64,000 nucleotides of DNA from an uncultured Planctomycetales bacterium (lineage in GTDB: Bacteria; Omnitrophota; Gorgyraeia; Zapsychrales; CAYRXT01): contig CAYRXT010000004.1 in NCBI GenBank assembly GCA_964428315.1, positions 4,382 through 68,381 of the forward strand, in the 5' to 3' direction. Positions within the stretch are counted from its first letter, which is position 1; each line of letters opens with the position of its first letter. The notes below the pieces were generated by a model. It worked only from the letters and a program-made list of their open reading frames with translations, was not told the DNA's origin and made no database searches. Below are positions 52,201-61,453 of the stretch, in pieces. A program made the translations under genes and the position numbers.

Positions 52201-52941
52201 TTGATCCTTTTGGAAAGACGTCCTGATATGATCGCGTTCAAAAATCTCTTCGGCGTCCACGCGCCGGAGATCAAGAAGACCTGTGTGATCACCCCCTTTT
52301 TGACGAAAGGGCTGACCCGGGATCTGGGTGTCGGCGATCTTGCCAGGGGCAGGCCTTTCACGACCGGACAGGGCGAGCACTTCACGTTCATCCTCTCCCA
52401 GATCGGCTCTCCGCTTGTCGGGGACTGCGTGCTCTACCTTCAGGAAACATTCTGCGAGAACGTGATCCTGCTCGGGGCCTGCGGTCTGATCGAGGAAAAA
52501 CCGGGCCTGGCGCTGGGATCGGTGGTCACCCCTTCCCGGGCGCTGGCACTGGAAAGTTTTTCCTGCCTGGTGAAAGGACGGTTATCGGACGAGGAATGGG
52601 CTGAGGCGGACCGTCCCCTTCTGGATCAACTTAAACAGTCGGCCCAAAAGGCCCCGCCCAGGGAGGTCTCCTGCGCCACGTTAGGCTCGATCAAACTTGA
52701 GACGCTCTACAGGGAGTTTTTCAAGAGAAACGGCGTTGATGTCCTGGAAATGGAATGCTCCGCGTTTTTCAACGCGGCCCGGCATATCCGCGCGCGCGCG
52801 GCAGGAGTCTTTTACGTCAGCGACATCCTCGAAGGCCGCCACGTCTTCGAACCGTCCAGCGAAGCATACCTCCAGGACATGAAGAAGGCGCAGCAAACCG
52901 CCTGCCGGATCATCCGGGAGTTCGCCCGGTCCATCGTGTGA
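52201..52941 (+). CDS. PNP/UDP-phosphorylase-fold nucleosidase/phosphorylase (MTA-nucleosidase/futalosine-hydrolase-like)
   Basis: EMECSAFF motif region typical of the PNP_UDP_1 family; start may be at 52228. Confidence 0.6.
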   Translation: MILLERRPDMIAFKNLFGVHAPEIKKTCVITPFLTKGLTRDLGVGDLARGRPFTTGQGEHFTFILSQIGSPLVGDCVLYLQETFCENVILLGACGLIEEKPGLALGSVVTPSRALALESFSCLVKGRLSDEEWAEADRPLLDQLKQSAQKAPPREVSCATLGSIKLETLYREFFKRNGVDVLEMECSAFFNAARHIRARAAGVFYVSDILEGRHVFEPSSEAYLQDMKKAQQTACRIIREFARSIV

Positions 52942-52950
52942 GTCACGGCC

Positions 52951-53622
52951 ATGAAAAAGCACATCCTTATCTTTGATTTCGACGGCACCATCGCCGACAC
53001 GCACCGGTTTCTCCTGGAAATCTACAACCGGCTCTGCGCCGATTTCCATTACCGGGCCGTCGACCAGGAGGAAATCGCGCGGTTCAAGAATATGACTCCC
53101 CGCGAGATTATCGCCGAACTCAAGATCCCCTTATTGAAGATTCCCGTCATCCTCAACCGCGTAAGGAAAGAATATGTCAAAGGCATCTCGCGGGTCCGGC
53201 CGGTGGACGGCGTCAAAGAGGCCCTCTTCGCCCTCAAGGGGCCTTCGGTGCTTCTGGGCATCCTCTCCTCCAACGAACGCGGAAACATCCGCGCCTTTTT
53301 GGAAAATCACCGGATGGGATTGTTTGACCTGGTGCACACGACAAAGAACATCCTCTCCAAACACATCGCCCTGGCGCGTGTCATCCGGACAAACGGCTGG
53401 TCAAAAAACGAAATCATCTATGTCGGAGACGAGATCCGGGACATCACGGCGGCGAGGAAACTCGGCATCCGGATCGCGGCGGTGACCTGGGGCTACAACT
53501 CGGCCCAGGCCCTGCGCAAACATAATCCGGATTTTCTTTTTGACAGGCCGGAAGAGCTCCGCGATCTCCTCGGCCCCGATGTCCGGGGGGATGTTCAAGC
53601 GGGCGGGAGACCGAGCAGATAA
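52951..53622 (+). CDS. HAD-superfamily hydrolase
   Basis: ILIFDFDGTIADT motif I, VGDEIRDI motif IV. Confidence 0.8.
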   Translation: MKKHILIFDFDGTIADTHRFLLEIYNRLCADFHYRAVDQEEIARFKNMTPREIIAELKIPLLKIPVILNRVRKEYVKGISRVRPVDGVKEALFALKGPSVLLGILSSNERGNIRAFLENHRMGLFDLVHTTKNILSKHIALARVIRTNGWSKNEIIYVGDEIRDITAARKLGIRIAAVTWGYNSAQALRKHNPDFLFDRPEELRDLLGPDVRGDVQAGGRPSR

Positions 53623-54383
53623 TCCGTCTTGATGTTCCTCAGGGCGCCGAAGATATTTTTCACGACATCCTTGTTGTCTTTTTCTAATCGCGCGACAAGC
53701 CTTTTGATGGCCATACGCCGGGTGTTCCCCTCATGGGGACAGGGGTCTCCCGTCATCCCCTCCAGGCCGAGATTCCGGGCCAGACGCATGAGGTCCCTCT
53801 CTCTGACATAACACAGCGGCCGGATGATCGTCACCTTGCCGTCAAAAAGTTCCTGGCGTGGTTTCATGGCGCCGATCTCCGCGCGGTAGAACAAATTCAT
53901 CAAGATCGTCTCGACAATATCGTCCATGTGGTGGCCGAGGGCGATCTTATTGCAGCGTTCCGCGTCCATGAGCCGGAAAAGCGCCTTGCGCCTGTTCCAG
54001 GAACACCAGAAGCAGTCGATATCCTCCCAATTTTTACCGTCGAGAAAATCGGTCTTCTCGATACGGTGATCAAAGCCTTCCTTTTCAAAATGTTTCTTCA
54101 GTCTTTCCTGGTCAAGGCCGGGCGGGCCGCCGTCGATGTGGACGGCCAGGATGTCGAAACGGACAGGGGAGATCTTCTGCCGGTCCCTCATCAGGTGCAA
54201 AAGAGAGAGGCTGTCTTTCCCGCCGGATACCGCGACCATTACCCTGTCGCCTTCTTCCAGCATGCTGAAATCCATGATCGCCCTGCCGGCCTGTTTGGAG
54301 GCAGACGTAAATTCCGGGATGCTTTTTTCAGCGGCTTTCACGCGTCTCGTCCTCGAAGTCGACCATCTGCGGATAGACCACAA
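53595..54383 (-). CDS. ttcA: tRNA 2-thiocytidine(32) synthetase TtcA-like PP-loop ATPase
   Basis: VAVSGGKDS PP-loop, CFWC and CPH cysteine motifs, collinear with E. coli TtcA. Confidence 0.8.
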   Translation of the reverse strand: MWSIRRWSTSRTRRVKAAEKSIPEFTSASKQAGRAIMDFSMLEEGDRVMVAVSGGKDSLSLLHLMRDRQKISPVRFDILAVHIDGGPPGLDQERLKKHFEKEGFDHRIEKTDFLDGKNWEDIDCFWCSWNRRKALFRLMDAERCNKIALGHHMDDIVETILMNLFYRAEIGAMKPRQELFDGKVTIIRPLCYVRERDLMRLARNLGLEGMTGDPCPHEGNTRRMAIKRLVARLEKDNKDVVKNIFGALRNIKTDYLLGLPPA

Positions 54384-54403
54384 AACATTTCTGATCTTGG
54401 GTG

Positions 54404-55453
54404 TTAATCTGTCTCGATATGCACCGACCGGGCCACCCGGCGGAGTATGGCCGCGTCCTCTTTTTGCCGGTCAGGCGTGGTATCAAGCTGGAGGGAGATG
54501 ATCCTGTCACTCAACAAAAACTGATACGCGGCCCTGTAACGGTCATTCCCCCTATCTTCCATCTCGACAAAGGAGGCATAATGCCCGTTGATCCTGACCA
54601 GCCGGGGTTCGGAGACCGCCATGGAAGGGAAGGTCTTCCGCATATAAGCCTTGATATGTCTAAGGAATTCCTCCGGCGATCTCATCCCGGCCTGGGCGTA
54701 TTCCTTTGTGACGGTGATAACCGGAAGGGAGCCGTCTTCCCCCGGCGTATAAAAAAGAAAGGCCTTGTCCGGCTGGCCTTCCCGGTTGGCGGCCGCGACC
54801 CAGTCCCGGGGACCGTCGAGATAAATCTGGGCGGATTCGAACATGACCGCGTCATCATCCGGACCGACGATGCCGATCCCCTCTTTGTGCAGGGCCCTGA
54901 TCATCTCGCCCACGGAATTGTATCCGTTCCAGTCAACGGCCTCCGGCAGTCTTCCTTTATACTGTTTTTCTGCCAGTGTCTCCAGCATCGTCTTGAATCC
55001 CCGGGCCATCGCGTCATCCTCGTCCCTGCGCACGGCCTCTTCGACGGCCGCATAGCTCTTCTGCAGCTGGCCCGCATAATAATAGGCAGCGGCCAGCATG
55101 GTATAGGCCCGATGAGAAACGGCGAATTCCGGCGCCACCTCCATGGCCGTCTTGATATGAGAGACGGCCTCGGGGCCTTCGCCTTCCGAAAGGTACAGGG
55201 CCGCCAGCTGCATGTGGGCCTCGTAATTTTGCGGATCGTCCCGCAGGATCATATAATGGCTCAAGAGCCATTCATCGCGGTCGATCCTTTCGAGTTCGGT
55301 GAACGGTTCATCCTGCAGCAAAGTTTCCTTCCCGAAGGAAAGGCCCCCCGCTCCGGTTTCCTGTGCTACGGCCAAAGGCAAACCCCCGAGAGACAGACCG
55401 GCGACCCAATTCATGATAAGAAACATCCTTGTGTATGTTCGGCGCAATGTCAA
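54404..55453 (-). CDS. Secreted TPR-repeat protein
   Basis: Signal peptide (MFLIMNWVAGLSLGGLPLAVAQ, likely start ~55426); TPR-like helical repeats. Confidence 0.6.
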   Translation of the reverse strand: MTLRRTYTRMFLIMNWVAGLSLGGLPLAVAQETGAGGLSFGKETLLQDEPFTELERIDRDEWLLSHYMILRDDPQNYEAHMQLAALYLSEGEGPEAVSHIKTAMEVAPEFAVSHRAYTMLAAAYYYAGQLQKSYAAVEEAVRRDEDDAMARGFKTMLETLAEKQYKGRLPEAVDWNGYNSVGEMIRALHKEGIGIVGPDDDAVMFESAQIYLDGPRDWVAAANREGQPDKAFLFYTPGEDGSLPVITVTKEYAQAGMRSPEEFLRHIKAYMRKTFPSMAVSEPRLVRINGHYASFVEMEDRGNDRYRAAYQFLLSDRIISLQLDTTPDRQKEDAAILRRVARSVHIETD

Positions 55454-55519
55454 CTCCCTTCTCGCAAGGACAGTTCGAAAAACCCTTGTTTTAAAAGACA
55501 GATTATATATAATTCACTC

Positions 55520-55915
55520 ATGCACAAACTGGCCATATCTACCGGCAAACGGGAAGAAATCACCGACATCACCGGACGCATCCGGGACTTTATCGAAAAA
55601 AACAAATGCCGTTCGGGCCTCCTGGCCGTCTACTCGCCGCATACGACGGCAGGCATATCGGTGAATGAAAATTACGACCCGGACGTCAAGAGAGATATCA
55701 CCGCCTACCTCAACGCAACGGTGCCCGCCGATTTCGGATTCCGCCACGCCGAAGGCAACTCCGACGCCCATATCAAAGGGGCCCTGGTCAATTTCTCCCA
55801 GGTCTTCATCGTCGAGGACGGGCAGATCCGGCTGGGCACCTGGCAGGGCGTCTTCTTCATGGAGTTCGACGGCCCCCGCCGCAGAGAGGTCTGGCTTCAG
55901 TTCATCCCCGCTTAA
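55520..55915 (+). CDS. yjbQ: YjbQ/UPF0047 family protein
   Basis: 132 aa; C-terminal LGTWQGVFFMEFDGPRRREV matches YjbQ TGTWQGIWLGEHRIHGG. Confidence 0.8.
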   Translation: MHKLAISTGKREEITDITGRIRDFIEKNKCRSGLLAVYSPHTTAGISVNENYDPDVKRDITAYLNATVPADFGFRHAEGNSDAHIKGALVNFSQVFIVEDGQIRLGTWQGVFFMEFDGPRRREVWLQFIPA

Positions 55916-56039
55916 TACCGCGGACCGACAGCCGCACAAAGAGCCGTTCACAACCCGTCCTCCGCAGGAAACCGCAGTCATGCCGCGTCTCGCGTTACAG
56001 TGCGACAATCATAATATTTTTCGGATAAAACGGCAAGGA

Positions 56040-56468
56040 TTATTTGTCAGGCCCGGCGGACTTTTCATTCCCGGCCAGGACATCGTAAAGCAGGGCGAAC
56101 AGCGATCCGCCAACGGCCCCGGCGACGGCCCCGATGACAGGTCCCGTGACGGGAAAAGACCGGAAAATGATCATGTCATTGACCATCCCCGTCACCACGC
56201 CGGCCGCAAGACCGGCGAGGACGCCAAAGCCGATACGTCTCGTCTTTTCAAGTTTATTGAGCATCCAGGAGGCCGCCACGGCGGCGCAGAGAGCTCCCCA
56301 GCCTAAGCCCCAAAGATTCGCCAAAATGAAATGCGCTCCATAGTAGTAGGCTGAAAGGCGCATCAGGCCAAAGCCGAGCATAAAGAACATCCAGCTCACG
56401 GCCCCGCCGGACAAGATACACATCACGAACACCGCATGCCGCGCGATGAGTCTGCGTTTATCCGGCAT
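56040..56468 (-). CDS. Hypothetical Gly-rich membrane protein
   Basis: 142 aa from MPDKRRLIARH; glycine-zipper-like TM segments; last gene of the lepB operon. Confidence 0.5.
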   Translation of the reverse strand: MPDKRRLIARHAVFVMCILSGGAVSWMFFMLGFGLMRLSAYYYGAHFILANLWGLGWGALCAAVAASWMLNKLEKTRRIGFGVLAGLAAGVVTGMVNDMIIFRSFPVTGPVIGAVAGAVGGSLFALLYDVLAGNEKSAGPDK

Positions 56469-56500
56469 CGGACGCCTCCTTTCCTTTCCTGACGGGCCGG

Positions 56501-57283
56501 TCAAGGGCCCAGCATGGAGCCCCACGGGCAAGCCCGTGTCCCCTCTCTTATCCGACTTCGTAAATCTTCAGGCGCAATCCGACGAAGCGCCACAGCTTTT
56601 AGTCCGCATTCATCCACGGCTAATAGCCGTGGTATTCTGCGAAGTCGGATAAAAAAGAGCCAGCGCGTATAAATCAAGGTCACGAACGCCCCCCAGGCGA
56701 CGCCCCAGATGTCCCACGCCGGATTGGCAGACTGCCTGACGCCTCCGTCCAGATAGGAATAGTGATAACCGCTCATGAATCCCGCCCAGAGGTAATCACG
56801 GCTGACCGCGGCGCTGTAAGCGGCCGCCCCCAAGTAGATAACGGAACGCAAGACATTCCGCCTCCTCGGGTCAAACGCAAGTTTGGAAATATATCCCTTG
56901 GGCGGGACATCGATCAGCATGAAAAGGTTAGAGGCAACCAATCCGTTTATCGCTCCCGGATACGCACCAAAGACTAAATGTTTCCAGTATCCGGCAGATA
57001 GAAGCTCTCCTCTCAACAATCCCCCCAAGACCATGATACCGGCCCCGCACAACGCCGCCAGGGCCATGCCGTAGATGATATTTCTTTTTTCTTTCAGAAC
57101 CCAGACCATCAGCCAGGCGAAGAATAGTCCCGTGAGTCCGCCCAAAGACCAGGGCAAAATACGGGTAAATACAAAAGAATCCGGAGCATTGTTGTGGACA
57201 AAAAGCATAAAGAGATAACTGTTCGTCAAGATCATATAGACATAAACGACACCGGCCGCCGCCTTTGTTATCCTCTCATTCAT
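56501..57283 (-). CDS. Hypothetical polytopic membrane protein; C-terminal ~45 codons encoded by the 141-bp repeat
   Basis: Start MNERITKAAAG at 57283 (8-bp overlap with the radical SAM gene); the ORF reads into repeat copy 2, giving tail ...LLAVDECGLKAVALRRIAPEDLRSRIREG, which is also translatable from copy 1. Confidence 0.55.
   Translation of the reverse strand: MNERITKAAAGVVYVYMILTNSYLFMLFVHNNAPDSFVFTRILPWSLGGLTGLFFAWLMVWVLKEKRNIIYGMALAALCGAGIMVLGGLLRGELLSAGYWKHLVFGAYPGAINGLVASNLFMLIDVPPKGYISKLAFDPRRRNVLRSVIYLGAAAYSAAVSRDYLWAGFMSGYHYSYLDGGVRQSANPAWDIWGVAWGAFVTLIYTRWLFFIRLRRIPRLLAVDECGLKAVALRRIAPEDLRSRIREGTRACPWGSMLGP
56513..56653. repeat. 141-bp structured repeat, copy 2
   Basis: See copy 1; lies inside the 3' end of the CDS 56501-57283. 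Confidence 0.7.
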
Positions 57284-58511
57284 TGTTGTCTTCTCCCTCT
57301 TTCCATCCCAGCTGTTTGTAGAATTCCGGTATCCCGCCCTGGGAACACCGGGCGCACAGCGCCAGGGATTCGTCATAACCCAGCGGCAGCTTCCCCTTAA
57401 AGGCGGCCCGGATTTTATCGGCATTGGAAAGGATAAAGCATTGCCCCCGGGGCCGGCCGAAGGCCTTGTGCAGGCGGGCGAAAGGCGTCTCAAAACCTTC
57501 CTCTTTCAGGTTGCCGAAGGACAGCGGCGTGAAATCGCACGGGCAGAGGTTCCCGAAGGCGTCGACGTACATGTGCTGGACCCCGGCGCCGCAGCCGTAA
57601 AGGTCCTCGTCCTCGATATAGGCAAAGGCCACCACCTTCGGCATATCTTTGACCTTTTTCGTCTTGATGTGATACTCTTTGAGAAGCTGCCGCTCCTTTT
57701 CCCCGAAAAGCGCCTCCCCGCGGACCTCCATCAGTCTGCCCGTCGGCATCGGCTCCACCAGGCGGATCTCCTGCGCGCCGAGCTCCCGCACAAAACCGAT
57801 AAACCGGTCCATTTCCCCGTCGGACATAAGGTCCTTTGTCGCCGTCAACTGGACGGCCGTATAAAACCCGCCGGCCAAAGCCGTCCTGATCGCGCGGACG
57901 GCGGTATCGAAGGCCTTTGGCGACCCGCGCAGCCGGTTGTGTTTTTCCGGGTCATAATGGTCAAGGCTGATCGCCACATACGTCAGACCGGCTTCCTTCA
58001 ACCTCCCGGCCCGCTCGTCGGTCAGCCCGTCGCCGGTCGAAAACAGTATCGTCGCGGAGCGTTCGTCGATCGAACGGACGATCTCTTCCAGGTCCCTGCG
58101 CCACAACGGCTCGCCGCCGGTAAAACCGATCAGGCAGATCCCGTGGTCCTGAAGCTCGCGCGCGACGCGGATCCATTCTTCCGTCGTCAATTCCTTTCCT
58201 TCACGCAGTTCTTTACTGCAGTGCCAGCACCGGAACCCGCATCGGTCGGTCAGGGACAGGTACGTGGAATACGGGGCCGCGCGGCCTTCATAAATGGCCG
58301 CGGTCGTCCTAGTCAGCTGTTCAAAGGCCCGGCCGGGAAAGGGCGGCAGGAAGGTATGGATCACGTACCGGCCGTCCATCCGGGTAAGCTTTTCGTGCCG
58401 GAAGGTGCTGTTGAGATAAGCCTGCACACTGAGCGGAAGCTTGCGGACATACCCGGTGCGCGCGCGCACGGCGAGGATAACATCTTTCTTGAATCCCGTG
58501 ATATGTTTCAT
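57276..58511 (-). CDS. Radical SAM enzyme with C-terminal SPASM/twitch-type Cys cluster and ~90-aa N-terminal extension
   Basis: CGFRCWHC (CxxxCxxC) at ~residue 90; C-terminal CGAGVQHMYVDAFGNLCPC...CARC auxiliary-cluster cysteines. Confidence 0.8.
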   Translation of the reverse strand: MKHITGFKKDVILAVRARTGYVRKLPLSVQAYLNSTFRHEKLTRMDGRYVIHTFLPPFPGRAFEQLTRTTAAIYEGRAAPYSTYLSLTDRCGFRCWHCSKELREGKELTTEEWIRVARELQDHGICLIGFTGGEPLWRRDLEEIVRSIDERSATILFSTGDGLTDERAGRLKEAGLTYVAISLDHYDPEKHNRLRGSPKAFDTAVRAIRTALAGGFYTAVQLTATKDLMSDGEMDRFIGFVRELGAQEIRLVEPMPTGRLMEVRGEALFGEKERQLLKEYHIKTKKVKDMPKVVAFAYIEDEDLYGCGAGVQHMYVDAFGNLCPCDFTPLSFGNLKEEGFETPFARLHKAFGRPRGQCFILSNADKIRAAFKGKLPLGYDESLALCARCSQGGIPEFYKQLGWKEGEDNNE

Positions 58512-59398
58512 TGTCTTTGCGCGATCCCGGCGGCATATTTGTGGGACACCGTTATGCCCTCTGCCGTTTTATAGTCGCGTTCCATGATCTCGACAAAGGC
58601 GGCGTCACACTGCGCCCGGACCGCCGGATCCATCATGCGGTCGAACCCCGCGCTCGCGCCGGTGCGCATGACCCACTCGAGCACTTCTTTCCCGTCTTTA
58701 AACAGAAAATCGATCCGGCCCTGCCAGAGTGTCAGCGGTCTTAATCCCGCCTTCCGAAACCATCCCCCCAGCTCTTCTTTATCTTTCGGCAGGCGCTGTG
58801 TGAGGACCATCAGGCCCTGGATGTGATTCGGGAAGCGGCGCATCACCTTGAGTCCCGTCTCGCGCAAAGGGGCCAGTGTATCCTGGCGGTTTTCTATTAT
58901 GCCTACCCTTCCTCCCGGTTTGAGGTTGGCCTTGATCTGTTTCAAGAGCGCATGCGGCCTCGCGTATCCGATGGCCCACCCGCAGGTCACGAAGTCAAAG
59001 GTGGCCTTGGGGAAACGCTGGACGGCCGCGGCCATATCGGCCTCGACAAACTGCACGTCTCCCTTCACTTTATGCCTTGCCGACTCCAGCATACCCCTGG
59101 AGGCATCGACCGCGACGATCCTGCCGCGGCCGCCCAGTATGATATCGACCGCGGAGGTGATGTTTCCCGTCCCGCAGGCGAGGTCCAGGACGCTGGCCCC
59201 GCGGTGGATGTTCATTTTCTCAATGAGTTTATGGGCGTGAGGCCGCGTGAAACGGGCGAAGCATTCATCGTAACCGCGGGCCAGCCTGTCGTAATCCTCG
59301 ATGACGACAGAGGCCGGGATGACCTTCCGGCTCAGGAAAAGCCGAAGAATGCGCCGGTAAAAAACCGCTGACCGCATCAGATCTTCTATACGCGCCAT
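58508..59398 (-). CDS. Class I SAM-dependent methyltransferase
   Basis: True start MARIEDL (ATG at 59398); VLDLACGTGN motif I; 4-bp overlap with the radical SAM gene. Confidence 0.8.
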   Translation of the reverse strand: MARIEDLMRSAVFYRRILRLFLSRKVIPASVVIEDYDRLARGYDECFARFTRPHAHKLIEKMNIHRGASVLDLACGTGNITSAVDIILGGRGRIVAVDASRGMLESARHKVKGDVQFVEADMAAAVQRFPKATFDFVTCGWAIGYARPHALLKQIKANLKPGGRVGIIENRQDTLAPLRETGLKVMRRFPNHIQGLMVLTQRLPKDKEELGGWFRKAGLRPLTLWQGRIDFLFKDGKEVLEWVMRTGASAGFDRMMDPAVRAQCDAAFVEIMERDYKTAEGITVSHKYAAGIAQRQ

Positions 59399-59417
59399 AT
59401 GACAATTCCCGCCATGA

Positions 59418-60245
59418 TCATTGCGGCCTCCAGATGGGATAACCCTTGCCCTTGATCGCTTCCCTCGGGACGAACCCCCAGATCCGGCTGTCCAGGCTGA
59501 CCGCACTGTTGTCGCCCAGGACATAGTAATAGCCCTCCGGCACTTTGACGGCTTTGCCCTTCCGTCCCAGGGGACCGCGGTTGAAGTAACGGACATTTTC
59601 CGCGCCCGGGATTTCGGTCCTTTCGCCGTTGATCCAGATGTCCCCGTCCTTGATCTCGACGGTCTCCCCTCCCGTTGCCACGATGCGCTTGACCATATGC
59701 CGGTGGCTGGTCGCCGGCTCATCGAAGACGATCACATCTCCTCTCTGAGGCGGTGATTGCCTGTACACGGCCTTGTCCAAAAGATAGATCCCGAAGGGCG
59801 GAAAGTTCGGCTCCATGGAATTGGAACGTATCGAAAAAATATGGGCCACACTGCCGGTAATCCACCAGCCGAACAGAAACGGCGGGTTGATGAAAATACA
59901 CTGGAACAGGATAAGCGTCAGGATGTAAATCCGCCGGCCGTGGAACGTGAACCGGACGAATTCTTTTGCCTGCCCGATGAGGGGGAATATCTTGATATGC
60001 AGGTCGGTGAAAAACATGATATCGGAGGCGCTGAGGATATGCAGAAGCCACAGCAGGGGCACAAGAATAAAAAGCCAGGCGAGGTCGGTATGGTTGTTGA
60101 CGATAATGCCGGTTAGCGTGAAAAGGAGGCAATAACCGAGGACAAAGGCCAGACCGCGCCAGGGCCGGTGGACGCGGAAATGCCCCAGCCCGGGGATAAT
60201 GAGGGAACGCACGATCATGAGCAGCTGCCGGTCCGTAGGGTTCAC
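59418..60245 (-). CDS. lepB: Signal peptidase I with extended N-terminal membrane region
   Basis: SNSMEP (catalytic Ser box), KR box (HMVKR), GDNSAVSLDSR box. Confidence 0.85.
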   Translation of the reverse strand: MNPTDRQLLMIVRSLIIPGLGHFRVHRPWRGLAFVLGYCLLFTLTGIIVNNHTDLAWLFILVPLLWLLHILSASDIMFFTDLHIKIFPLIGQAKEFVRFTFHGRRIYILTLILFQCIFINPPFLFGWWITGSVAHIFSIRSNSMEPNFPPFGIYLLDKAVYRQSPPQRGDVIVFDEPATSHRHMVKRIVATGGETVEIKDGDIWINGERTEIPGAENVRYFNRGPLGRKGKAVKVPEGYYYVLGDNSAVSLDSRIWGFVPREAIKGKGYPIWRPQ

Positions 60246-60460
60246 GGAATCAATTATATATGAAAAAATGGGGCTTGACCATATCCTGCCGGAACTTTTC
60301 GAGACGGGACATCCTTAACATTATTAAGCACATAAACCTTTTAAGCGGATTACAGGTCAGGCACGTTTTGTGGCTTTACCCTGTTGCCCAAGGTTCCCAT
60401 TGCGGGCGGGGCTAAGCCCGGCGAGGACCCCGAAGAAAGGGCAATGTGACGGAACAATCG

Positions 60461-60925
60461 CTACGGCTGTTCCTCTTCTGATCCCGCGGCCTCCGTCGGA
60501 GAGGTCAGGCTTTCCCGGACCGTCTCTCTTAACGCGTCCATATCCCGCCGCAGCCGCTGTTGACTGTCTTCAAGGCCATTCAACCGCGACCTTAACCCGG
60601 GTTCCAATCCGGCATCGGTTCCGGTTTCCTTCAGTGCCGAAAGGGTTTTCTCGAGCTCCGCCAGCCTGTTTTCCATTTTCCTGATGCGGACCAGCATGCC
60701 TTCGTCGGGATCATCGACGATGATCTGTCCGCCGATCTTCCTGACCTTCGTCCCCTCCGGGACGATAACCTTGTACCCCTCCGTCACGTGGATGGTCTCC
60801 ATGCCTTCGGGGGCATCCGCCTCCATGGGGGAAGATCCCTGCTGGGCGCCCGCCACGGAAAAGGCAGTTAAGGCCGAAATCCCAACGAAGAAGCCAATCA
60901 AGATGACACGTATCCATTTTTCCAT
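60461..60925 (-). CDS. Secreted coiled-coil hypothetical protein
   Basis: 155 aa from MEKWIRVILIGFFVGISALTAFSVAGA (signal peptide; AAGGA SD); C-terminal heptad-type helices. Confidence 0.55.
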   Translation of the reverse strand: MEKWIRVILIGFFVGISALTAFSVAGAQQGSSPMEADAPEGMETIHVTEGYKVIVPEGTKVRKIGGQIIVDDPDEGMLVRIRKMENRLAELEKTLSALKETGTDAGLEPGLRSRLNGLEDSQQRLRRDMDALRETVRESLTSPTEAAGSEEEQP

Positions 60926-61194
60926 GATTTTTTCCTTTTTGGTTTTTATTGTACCACCTGCCAATAACATGCCAATGAAAAATTGAGGGAAACCCTGTAT
61001 ATCTAAAGCTGTAAAACATGACATTGTGTCAGAATCATTCATGTTGGATCCCTGCTTCAAGCTTGCCCCAAAAGGAGCCGGCCCCTAAGGAGGGCCAACG
61101 GCGGGGACGACAACAACCAATGGCATACCCGCAGGCGTGCAGGTAACATGGCGGCCCGGCGCCAAACTGACTTGTGCTCTTGTTTCAAAAGACA

Positions 61195-61234
61195 GGCCGG
61201 GGGGCCGGTCCCGCTTTGCGGGACCGGCCCCCCG
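61195..61234 (-). terminator. Strong GC hairpin downstream of the SpeE-like gene
   Basis: 15-bp perfect stem GGGGGGCCGGTCCCG/CGGGACCGGCCCCCC with loop CTTTG; the minus-strand read gives a following TCTTTT. Confidence 0.35.
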
Positions 61235-61453
61235 TCTGAGGCTGGGTTATCAGACGCGGAATAAAGGCTTTAAAAGCCTTTGGGGGATAAGTGGGATAAA
61301 TGAACCCTGCTAAGTGTTTTTACTTTATCGAAAATCCCCGTATTTGAGAATGGGTATTTCCCCCCATTTATTGACTTTTTCCCCCTTACGCGATCCTCTT
61401 ATCACAAACCGGAGCATCCCGGCCGATAAGGTTTGGGCCATAAAGATATATCT

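Noticed and set aside
54401-55915. 504-aa plus-strand ORF
   Set aside because: The real gene is the C-terminal 132 codons (yjbQ, ATG 55520). The rest is antisense to the TPR protein gene 54404-55453.
60246-60460. Possible tiny precursor-peptide ORFs between the secreted coiled-coil gene and lepB (e.g. minus-strand MGTLGNRVKPQNVPDL, plus-strand MKKWGLTISCRNFSRRDILN)
   Set aside because: They have no SD, and no Cys/Gly-rich core or leader-like features. They cannot be distinguished from random short ORFs, so they are mentioned only as something to test in the operon finding.
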